This document shows, piece after piece, positions 9,213 through 15,556 of a DNA stretch of 20,000 nt. Position numbers and translations under genes: made by a program. The stretch lies in IMG/VR virus record IMGVR_UViG_3300029787_000004. One strand, written 5' to 3'. Under the pieces are notes generated by a model. The model made no database searches and was not told the origin of the DNA. It was given only the letters and a program-made list of their open reading frames with translations. The stretch's first letter is position 1, and each line of letters starts with the position of its first letter. Origin of the DNA: an uncultured virus (IMG/VR IMGVR_UViG_3300029787_000004) (lineage: Duplodnaviria; Heunggongvirae; Uroviricota; Caudoviricetes).

Positions 9213-9637
9213 GTACCGTGAGAGAGCCTGAGGTTCAGTGGTCACAAGACCAAATGATTGAAGTTAGGTTGAGAGAACCTGATGATTTTCTTAAAGTAAG
9301 AGAAACGCTAACACGTATTGGTGTTGCGTCTCGTAAAGAGAAGAAGTTATATCAGTCATGTCACATCCTACATAAACAGGGACGATATTTTATCGTTCAT
9401 TTTAAAGAACTGTTTGCATTGGATGGGAAGCACGCTAATCTTACTCCTAATGACGTTCAGCGTAGGAATCGTATTACTCAACTTCTTTCTGACTGGGGTC
9501 TCATTGAGGTAGTCAATGCCGAGACTATTACTGAGATTGCTCCTTTGAATCAGATCAAGGTGCTTTCCTTCAAAGAAAAAAATGAGTGGACGTTAGAGAC
9601 TAAGTATAATATTGGCAAAAAGAAAACTCAGGAATGA
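9209..9637 (+). CDS. regA: RegA translational repressor
   Basis: DDFLKVRETLTRIGVAS, LYQSCHILHKQGRYFIVHFKELFALDG. Confidence 0.97.
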   Translation: MSTVREPEVQWSQDQMIEVRLREPDDFLKVRETLTRIGVASRKEKKLYQSCHILHKQGRYFIVHFKELFALDGKHANLTPNDVQRRNRITQLLSDWGLIEVVNAETITEIAPLNQIKVLSFKEKNEWTLETKYNIGKKKTQE

Positions 9638-10191
9638 AGAGGCAAATCTTAAAAGATTGTGTATATAAAACCAGAGTAAAAGATCACAAAGAAGTAAAAA
9701 AGGTTATCCTCAACTATATTGAGGACCAACCTTTTCTTGCTCAAAATTCTTACATTGATAATATATCAAAGTTTGATTGGCCTCAGGGTAGTGATTTTGA
9801 GAGACCATGGGTGCAATATTTTTTACCTCACTTCGAAAAAAGTATAGGAGAACTATGTGCTAACATCGGAGTTTCTCGTATAAGATCTTTGGATGCAATT
9901 TGGTTTCAACAATATGTTGAAGGAAGTTCTCATGGATGGCATATACATGATGGTCAATTCACTGGTGTATACTATTTGGAATTACCAGAAAATTCTCCAC
10001 GCACCGAGTTCATGCATCCGTTCACTGGAAATATTGATAAGGTAAAAGCAAAAGAAGGTGACATTATATTTTTTCCAAGTCACATCATACACAGAGCATC
10101 CTCAAACAAAAATCAAAGAAAGACAATAATTAGTTACAACTTCAATATTCTAGATCGTATCATGAGAAGTGATTTAGAAAATACATTATAA
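9634..10191 (+). CDS. Putative 2OG-Fe(II) oxygenase
   Basis: WFQQY...HGWHIH...FTGVYYL...EGDIIFFPSHIIH...RKTIISYN double-stranded beta-helix pattern. Confidence 0.8.
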   Translation: MKRQILKDCVYKTRVKDHKEVKKVILNYIEDQPFLAQNSYIDNISKFDWPQGSDFERPWVQYFLPHFEKSIGELCANIGVSRIRSLDAIWFQQYVEGSSHGWHIHDGQFTGVYYLELPENSPRTEFMHPFTGNIDKVKAKEGDIIFFPSHIIHRASSNKNQRKTIISYNFNILDRIMRSDLENTL

Positions 10192-10194
10192 ATA
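10187..10194 (+). promoter_or_regulatory. T4-type late promoter TATAAATA
   Basis: Exact consensus overlapping the oxygenase stop codon. Confidence 0.8.
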
Positions 10195-10195
10195 A

Positions 10196-10275
10196 ACCTG
10201 AGACCTTTCGTGCGGTCTCTACGAAAGTCGGAACACCATATAAAGAGGTTCGGTTACTACCGTTCCTCTTTTTTT
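10196..10275 (+). ncRNA. Candidate late small RNA 1 (~80 nt), family not recognised
   Basis: Bounded by TATAAATA and an intrinsic terminator; GC-rich structured core GAGACC/GGTCTC and CTTTCGT/ACGAAAG; no ATG-initiated ORF. Confidence 0.6.
10242..10275. terminator. Intrinsic terminator, probably bidirectional
   Basis: AAAGAGG-TT-CGGT-tact-ACCG-TT-CCTC followed by T7 on +; followed by TTTATAT on -; lies at the convergence with the minus-strand operon. Confidence 0.8.
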
Positions 10276-10406
10276 ATGCCATCAGTTGATACAGAATTGA
10301 TGAGCAACCAGAATTCTTCTGGGTTTTTGAGTGCCCACGTAGCAATTTTTTCTGCTGTCTTCTTATCTCCAAACATGTTTTGGAGTTTCATGCAAGGTAC
10401 TAGCAT
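10257..10406 (-). CDS. Hypothetical 49-aa protein (MLVPCMKLQNMFGDKKTAEKIATWALKNPEEFWLLINSVSTDGIKKEER), not in ORF track
   Basis: ATG 1 nt after the stop of the 70-aa ORF; GAGAGGA SD upstream; stop falls in the terminator loop. Confidence 0.55.
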   Translation of the reverse strand: MLVPCMKLQNMFGDKKTAEKIATWALKNPEEFWLLINSVSTDGIKKEER

Positions 10407-10407
10407 A

Positions 10408-10620
10408 TTATTTCCTCTCTGCCTTCTCTACAAAAGAGAGCATATTGTCTGCTACTTGTTTTATTTCCACCTCAGTTGGAAATGTTGGATAGGGACCTGT
10501 TTCTTCTCCTTTTTCTTGCAATGATTGCCAGCGATTTACTTCTGCTTCGTGTCTATTTAATAGACGGGTTTCTGCATTCTGGAAAACTTCCCAGCGCATT
10601 TCATATGGATTAAAACCCAT
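10408..10620 (-). CDS. Small helical hypothetical protein (PYE.R...YPTFPT..EI...A....FV type)
   Basis: Strong SD AAGGAG 6 nt before ATG; own late promoter; protein-like composition. Confidence 0.85.
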   Translation of the reverse strand: MGFNPYEMRWEVFQNAETRLLNRHEAEVNRWQSLQEKGEETGPYPTFPTEVEIKQVADNMLSFVEKAERK

Positions 10621-10730
10621 TTGATACTCCTTTTGTGTTATTATGATCTGTGTCTGTCTGTATGTTGTGTGTACCCTGTGTGTATGCCTTGCGGCGGTTG
10701 GGATATACTTACATTCACAAATCTTGTTTC

Positions 10731-10738
10731 TATTTATA
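10731..10738 (-). promoter_or_regulatory. T4-type late promoter TATAAATA (minus strand)
   Basis: TATTTATA on +; about 110 nt upstream of the ATG at 10620. Confidence 0.8.
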
Positions 10739-10774
10739 AGGTAGAGTTTTCCACACCTACTTTTTTATAAGATG

Positions 10775-10844
10775 TGCTACTATATACTACGGATGCCTTT
10801 GGGGTCCACAAAACACAAACTCGCTTTTAAAGGAGCTAAGAATC
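10775..10844 (+). promoter_or_regulatory. hsp20 promoter and structured 5' leader
   Basis: TGc-TACTAT extended -10 (10775-10783) overlapping late-like CTATATA; hairpin 10791-10807; CA linker; CTCGCTTTTAAAGGAG hairpin containing the SD. Confidence 0.65.
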
Positions 10845-11297
10845 ATGGGTAACCTTAATACCTACAAATATGGTGCGTCTGATCTTCCTGCGTTGATGGA
10901 ACGCCTAAATAAACATAGTATTGGTATGGATCAATATTTTGACAAACTGTTTACTCTACAAGAAACACAGTCAAACTATCCCCCATACAATTTAATTCAA
11001 GTTAGTAGCACAGAGTCGCTCCTTGAATTAGCACTAGCAGGATTTAAAAAAGAAGAAGTAAATGTCTACACACAAGACGGTAAACTCTTTGTCGAAGGAC
11101 AAAGGGAGGATACCGAATCCGAAAAAACCTATGTCCATAGAGGAATGGCTCAACGATCTTTCACTAGATCATGGACCCTTAGTGACGAGACGGAAGTTAG
11201 ATCAGTTAGCTTTGAGGATGGGTTGCTGAGTATTACACTTGGTAGAATTGCACCAGAACATCATCAAAGAAAGGTTTGGTTTGGAAATACTGACTGA
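10845..11297 (+). CDS. hsp20: Small heat shock protein (alpha-crystallin domain)
   Basis: NYPPYNL, LELALAGF, YVHRGMAQRSFTRSWTL, FEDGLLSI. Confidence 0.96.
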   Translation: MGNLNTYKYGASDLPALMERLNKHSIGMDQYFDKLFTLQETQSNYPPYNLIQVSSTESLLELALAGFKKEEVNVYTQDGKLFVEGQREDTESEKTYVHRGMAQRSFTRSWTLSDETEVRSVSFEDGLLSITLGRIAPEHHQRKVWFGNTD

Positions 11298-11310
11298 ATT
11301 TAGATGTGGT

Positions 11311-11340
11311 TGATACAAAAGTGTATCACTGTGATACACT
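11311..11340. repeat. Triple alternating TGATACA half-site including a 21-bp palindrome
   Basis: TGATACA 11311-11317, TGTATCA 11322-11328, TGATACA 11332-11338; AGTGTATCAC-T-GTGATACACT at 11320-11340. Confidence 0.85.
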
Positions 11341-11345
11341 AATTT

Positions 11346-11352
11346 CTAAATA
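11346..11352 (+). promoter_or_regulatory. Late promoter variant CTAAATA
   Basis: Intergenic TAAATA core upstream of AGGAGG and ATG 11379. Confidence 0.65.
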
Positions 11353-11378
11353 ATTTTGTAATCGATTAGGAGGCATCA

Positions 11379-11462
11379 ATGAACTTCACGACCACTGCCC
11401 TAGCAGCTGGAACTTTAATGACTATTTTTATTGGAGTTCCCATTACTACATTTGTTTCTTAG
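11379..11462 (+). CDS. 27-aa hydrophobic microprotein MNFTTTALAAGTLMTIFIGVPITTFVS
   Basis: Perfect SD AGGAGG at 11368-11373, late promoter upstream, uncharged TM-like sequence. Confidence 0.7.
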   Translation: MNFTTTALAAGTLMTIFIGVPITTFVS

Positions 11463-11465
11463 CAT

Positions 11466-11540
11466 ATGGAAATCTTAGCAACCCTAGCCATTTTTGGAGC
11501 AGTGATGAGTGGAGCATTTGCACTCACACCTAAAAAGTAA
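11466..11540 (+). CDS. 24-aa hydrophobic microprotein MEILATLAIFGAVMSGAFALTPKK
   Basis: Starts 3 nt after preceding stop; TM-like helix with acidic N-terminus and KK C-terminus. Confidence 0.6.
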   Translation: MEILATLAIFGAVMSGAFALTPKK

Positions 11541-11550
11541 ATACTAAATA
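11537..11550 (+). promoter_or_regulatory. Tandem late-promoter-like boxes GTAAATA / CTAAATA
   Basis: GTAAATA 11537-11543 and CTAAATA 11544-11550. Confidence 0.6.
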
Positions 11551-11551
11551 A

Positions 11552-11612
11552 AACTGAATATCGTCGCCGCAGAGGGGCAACTGGCACAATCCAGTTGACG
11601 CCCCTCTTTTTT
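11552..11612 (+). ncRNA. Candidate late small RNA 2 (~60 nt)
   Basis: Late box, then unpaired AACTGAATATCGTCGCCGC, then long hairpin and T6; no ORF. Confidence 0.5.
11571..11612 (+). terminator. Intrinsic terminator
   Basis: AGAGGGGC-AACTGG-cacaat-CCAGTT-gac-GCCCCTCT running into a T6 tract (11607-11612). Confidence 0.85.
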
Positions 11613-11623
11613 CTTGCTATAAT
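11595..11623 (+). promoter_or_regulatory. Near-consensus sigma70 promoter for the Sm-like/gp43 operon
   Basis: TTGACG (11595-11600), 17-nt spacer, TATAAT (11618-11623), with extended -10 TG. Confidence 0.85.
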
Positions 11624-11644
11624 GTATTCGAGATGTATTGACCT

Positions 11645-11974
11645 ATGATCAAGTTAGCAGTATTGAAGTCAGGTGAGGATGTCATCGCAGACGTTAGTGA
11701 AATGCTAATGGGTGAGCGTGTGATTGGATACACATTCAAGAACCCTGCCACAGTAAGATTTCTAGATCCTCAGGCGTTGTATGAACATCGAGACCTAGAT
11801 ATTGTTTTTGCCCCATGGATTCCTCTGACAAGTCAGAAAGAGATCCCTGTTGCCCCAGACTGGATTATAACTCTGGTCGATCCCATTCCACAAGTAACTC
11901 AAAAGTATAAAGAAGGTATTAAAGATGATCAAACTTCTAGTTCTGACAAATCAGATTCTGATCTCACAGATTGA
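11645..11974 (+). CDS. Sm/LSm-like fold protein (cyanophage Sm_like family)
   Basis: IKLAVLKSGEDVIADV...KNP...FAPWIPLT..KEIPV..DWIITLVDP....Y resembles, from memory, the cyanophage Sm-like protein ECX21941. Confidence 0.7.
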   Translation: MIKLAVLKSGEDVIADVSEMLMGERVIGYTFKNPATVRFLDPQALYEHRDLDIVFAPWIPLTSQKEIPVAPDWIITLVDPIPQVTQKYKEGIKDDQTSSSDKSDSDLTD

Positions 11975-12167
11975 AGAGGTGGGTTCTGAATTAGGAGAAC
12001 CAGATTGTAAATTGATTGAACCCTATGTGGTAGAATCAACTGGTATTGCTCCGTGGTTGATGGAGCACACTATTCAGAGTGAATTTATGATTAGTTCTGA
12101 CAAAGTTTTGACGATGGCAGAACCAAATAATCAACTACTTGAAAAATATAAAGAAGTTCTTTCTTAA
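11925..12167 (+). CDS. Second, shorter Sm-like paralog
   Basis: Same layout: MIKLLVL...LISQIEEV...LIEP...APW...EFMISSDKVLTMAEP...EKY; TAATG-coupled to gp43. Confidence 0.6.
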   Translation: MIKLLVLTNQILISQIEEVGSELGEPDCKLIEPYVVESTGIAPWLMEHTIQSEFMISSDKVLTMAEPNNQLLEKYKEVLS

Positions 12168-14677
12168 TGAGATTCTACACTAACGTTCAACTTGTTGGGA
12201 ACCAGTTTCTGGTTCGTGGTTATGATAATGGTGAGAGCTTTTCTTTAAGAGAAGAGTATCTCCCAACACTCTTTGTTGATAGCAAGAAGACAACATCCAA
12301 GTATAAGACCTTGGATGGTAAAATAGTAGAACCTGTTCAACCTGGATTTGTAAGAGATTGTCGTGACTTCCTTAAAAAGTATGAGGGAGTTGAGGGATTT
12401 AATATCTATGGCAATGAGCGTTACATCTATCAATATATTTCTGATAAGTATCCTCAGGAACATATTGAGTTTGATATCTCAAAGATCAAACTTACTACGC
12501 TTGATATTGAGACCACTACTGAGTATGGATTCCCCGATATTGAGTCTTGTCGTGAAGAGATACAAACGATTACGATTCAGGATTACACAACTAAGGAAAT
12601 TACTACGTGGGGAGTTCACCCATTCTTAGTAAAACAACGTAACGTAAAGTACGTTCAGTGTCTTGATGAACTTGATTTGCTTAACAAGTTCATTTGTTAT
12701 TGGGAGAATAATCCACCTGAGGTTATCACAGGATGGAACCTTCAATTATTTGACATCCCATACATCGCTGGACGCCTCAGGAAGGTGCTTGGCGAGAAAC
12801 GTATGAAGAGACTGTCTCCTTGGGGTCTAGTGACCGAGAAGGAAGTCTATATCAAAGGAAGAAAGCACCTATCAATTGATATTGGTGGTGTGACGCAGTT
12901 AGATTATCTTGATCTGTATAAGAAATTTACATATAAGGCACAAGAATCATATCGTCTAGATCACATTGCGAATGTTGAGTTAGGTCAGAAGAAGTTAGAC
13001 CACTCTGAGTTTGATACTTTTAAGGATTTCTATACTGGCAACTGGCAAAAGTTTGTTGAGTACAACATTAAAGACGTGGAACTTGTTGACCGGTTGGAAG
13101 ACAAGATGAAGTTGATTGAGTTGGCACTTACAATGGCATATGATGCCAAGGTAAACTTTACTGATGTGTTTTATCAGGTAAGGATGTGGGATGCTATCAT
13201 CTACAACTATCTCAAAAAGAAAAACATTGTCATTCCACCCAAGGTAGGTGCCAAGAAAGATGAAAAGTATGCTGGTGCATATGTCAAAGAACCCATTCCT
13301 GGTAGCTATGATTGGGTAGTTTCTTTTGACTTGAATAGTCTGTATCCGCATTTGATCATGCAATACAATATCTCACCAGAAACTCTGATGGATGAACCAC
13401 ATCCACGATGTTCTGTTGATAAGATTTTGTCTGGTTCCTTTATTGCTGATGGTCGTTATGCCACAGCAGCAAATGGTGCCATGTATCGTAAGGACAAACG
13501 TGGATTCTTGCCTGAGTTGATGGATAAGATCTATCAAGAACGCACGATTTATAAAAAGAGGATGCTAACTGCTAGCCAGAAGATAGAAAACTTGTCGGAT
13601 GGTGAGTGGCATCTTAAATCTGACTTGGAAAAGGAAGTGTCTAGATGCAACAACATCCAAATGGCACGTAAGATTCAACTTAACTCTGCTTATGGTGCCA
13701 TTGGTAACCAATATTTCCGATATTATAAGTTGGAAAACGCTGAGGCAATCACTCTGTCTGGTCAAGCATCAATCCGATGGATTGAGAATAAGATGAATGA
13801 TTATCTAAATAAACTCTTGTCTACACAGGAAGAGGATTACGTCATTGCATCCGACACTGACTCAATTTATCTTAACCTCGGACCTCTTGTTACTAAATTT
13901 CTTGGTAGTAAGTCTGGTGATAAGATTAAAGTTGTGGAGTTACTTGACAAAATCTGTCAAGATAAGTTGGAACCATTCATCGAAAAGTCTTACAAGGAAC
14001 TGGCAGACTATGTTGCGGCATATGAACAAAAAATGGTGATGAAGCGTGAGAATATTGCTGATCGCGGTATCTGGACTGCGAAGAAGCGATACATTCTCAA
14101 CGTATGGAACAGTGAGGGTGTTCAGTATGCTGAACCTAAACTCAAAGTCATGGGTATTGAGGCAGTCAAGTCTTCCACACCTGCACCTTGCCGCAAGATG
14201 TTGAAGGATGCCTTTAAAATTATGATGACGGGTAGTGAGAATGATGTGATTGATTACATCGATAAGTGTAGATCTGAATTTAAGAGTCTCAATCCTGAGG
14301 ACGTTTCTTTTCCACGTTCTATATCTGATGTTGAGAAATATAAATCATCTTCCGAGATATATTCAAAGGGGACTCCTATTCATAGTCGTGGCGCATTGTT
14401 ATTCAACTTCTATATCAAGCAAAATAAACTAACCAATAAATATTCTCTGATTAAGAATGGAGAAAAGATTAAGTTTTTGTATTTAAAAAAACCAAATCCT
14501 ATTCATGAAAATGTGCTTTCATTTATAAATGAATGGCCAAAAGAATTGGATCTCAATCAGTACATAGATTACGATCTTCAATTCAGTAAAGCATTCTTAG
14601 AACCATTAAAGATCATCCTAGATTCTATCGGATGGTCTGTTGAAAAAACCGCTAACTTGGAGGCATTCTTCTCATGA
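12167..14677 (+). CDS. gp43: Family B DNA polymerase
   Basis: ExoI DIETT, ExoII WN...FD, motif A SFDLNSLYP, motif B KIQLNSAYG, motif C SDTDS, KKRY, C-terminal clamp-binding LEAFF. Confidence 0.98.
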   Translation: MRFYTNVQLVGNQFLVRGYDNGESFSLREEYLPTLFVDSKKTTSKYKTLDGKIVEPVQPGFVRDCRDFLKKYEGVEGFNIYGNERYIYQYISDKYPQEHIEFDISKIKLTTLDIETTTEYGFPDIESCREEIQTITIQDYTTKEITTWGVHPFLVKQRNVKYVQCLDELDLLNKFICYWENNPPEVITGWNLQLFDIPYIAGRLRKVLGEKRMKRLSPWGLVTEKEVYIKGRKHLSIDIGGVTQLDYLDLYKKFTYKAQESYRLDHIANVELGQKKLDHSEFDTFKDFYTGNWQKFVEYNIKDVELVDRLEDKMKLIELALTMAYDAKVNFTDVFYQVRMWDAIIYNYLKKKNIVIPPKVGAKKDEKYAGAYVKEPIPGSYDWVVSFDLNSLYPHLIMQYNISPETLMDEPHPRCSVDKILSGSFIADGRYATAANGAMYRKDKRGFLPELMDKIYQERTIYKKRMLTASQKIENLSDGEWHLKSDLEKEVSRCNNIQMARKIQLNSAYGAIGNQYFRYYKLENAEAITLSGQASIRWIENKMNDYLNKLLSTQEEDYVIASDTDSIYLNLGPLVTKFLGSKSGDKIKVVELLDKICQDKLEPFIEKSYKELADYVAAYEQKMVMKRENIADRGIWTAKKRYILNVWNSEGVQYAEPKLKVMGIEAVKSSTPAPCRKMLKDAFKIMMTGSENDVIDYIDKCRSEFKSLNPEDVSFPRSISDVEKYKSSSEIYSKGTPIHSRGALLFNFYIKQNKLTNKYSLIKNGEKIKFLYLKKPNPIHENVLSFINEWPKELDLNQYIDYDLQFSKAFLEPLKIILDSIGWSVEKTANLEAFFS

Positions 14678-14871
14678 AGGATCAGAATAGTATTGAAGAC
14701 TGTGAAGGTAAAAGGGAAAAATGGAATCGTGGTCTTGACATTTTTATTGAATCTGTGCATAAACCAGATTCTTCACTTAGGCAGTGTGCCCACAATCAAA
14801 AGTGTTACCATGAATTGATGGATGTTAGGAAAGATGTGCTAGAATATCTCAATACACTTAGGTGGAACTGA
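14674..14871 (+). CDS. Hypothetical protein
   Basis: 65 aa, ATGA-coupled to gp43; KWNRGLDIFIESV...LRQCAHNQKCYHELM. Confidence 0.75.
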   Translation: MKDQNSIEDCEGKREKWNRGLDIFIESVHKPDSSLRQCAHNQKCYHELMDVRKDVLEYLNTLRWN

Positions 14872-15065
14872 TGGATCTTCCAATCGACAAGAAGGAACTT
14901 GATGAAATTATTGATGCTCTATGTTGTGAGCATGTAGTGCCATCCAAGAGAGAGTATCGAGACAAATTACATCATAAATTAAAAGTCATTCAACAAATTA
15001 TGGACGATCATCCGCACGGTCCATATAAAAAAATTGCGAGGGAACAGTTTGGTTTTGTATTGTAA
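14871..15065 (+). CDS. Hypothetical protein (start MDLPID preferred)
   Basis: TGATG overlap with upstream ORF and TAATG overlap with downstream ORF. Confidence 0.7.
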   Translation: MDLPIDKKELDEIIDALCCEHVVPSKREYRDKLHHKLKVIQQIMDDHPHGPYKKIAREQFGFVL

Positions 15066-15556
15066 TGAAATCAATTTATTATGATGAGAACTCTATAAAG
15101 AAAAAAGATTGTCAGTTTCTCATTGATTACTTTCATAAACATTATATTGGAGAACATTCTCACGCACCATACCTTACTCTCGCTTTAAATTCACATAGGA
15201 AACTTCCCTGGTATCATCACTTTCATGTAAGAGTAAATTCCATTCGTAGATCCTACATAAAAAGAATGGAAAAATACATGGGTTTGAAGTTTGCATATGA
15301 CCAAATTATATACTATCCCAATGGATGTGATATGAATATGCATTGGGATGAACCAATTGTTACGCCATGGGTTTCTATCTGCAATTTGAATGATGATTTT
15401 GGTGGAGGTTACTCCATCATAGAAAATAATCGCATACCTCCAAAGACTGGACTATCTGTTATCTTTGAGGGTGCAAAACTCTTACATGGAGTTGACAAAG
15501 TTGCCGGAAACCGGTATATTCACATAACTTGGTGGACAAAAAATGGACTTCCTTAA
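15065..15556 (+). CDS. 2OG-Fe(II) oxygenase (prolyl 4-hydroxylase-like)
   Basis: HWD, ICNLNDDFGGG, LHGV..V.GNRY. Confidence 0.82.
   Translation: MKSIYYDENSIKKKDCQFLIDYFHKHYIGEHSHAPYLTLALNSHRKLPWYHHFHVRVNSIRRSYIKRMEKYMGLKFAYDQIIYYPNGCDMNMHWDEPIVTPWVSICNLNDDFGGGYSIIENNRIPPKTGLSVIFEGAKLLHGVDKVAGNRYIHITWWTKNGLP

Noticed and set aside
10197..10232. Hammerhead ribozyme resemblance (CUGA...GAAA)
   Set aside because: Core CUGANGA and the stem I/III arrangement are not satisfied
10210..10524. 104-aa + strand ORF in the track
   Set aside because: GTG start without SD, crosses a strong terminator, and is antisense to two better-supported genes
10631..10685. CRISPR array or microsatellite in the TG-rich tract
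   Set aside because: Repeats are short and irregular with no repeat-spacer periodicity; treated as a leader element
11322..11338. Canonical NtcA box
   Set aside because: Spacing is GTA-N9-TAC, not N8; kept only as an unassigned palindrome
12151..12166. T4-style gp43 translational operator hairpin
   Set aside because: Only a weak A/U stem is possible; insufficient support
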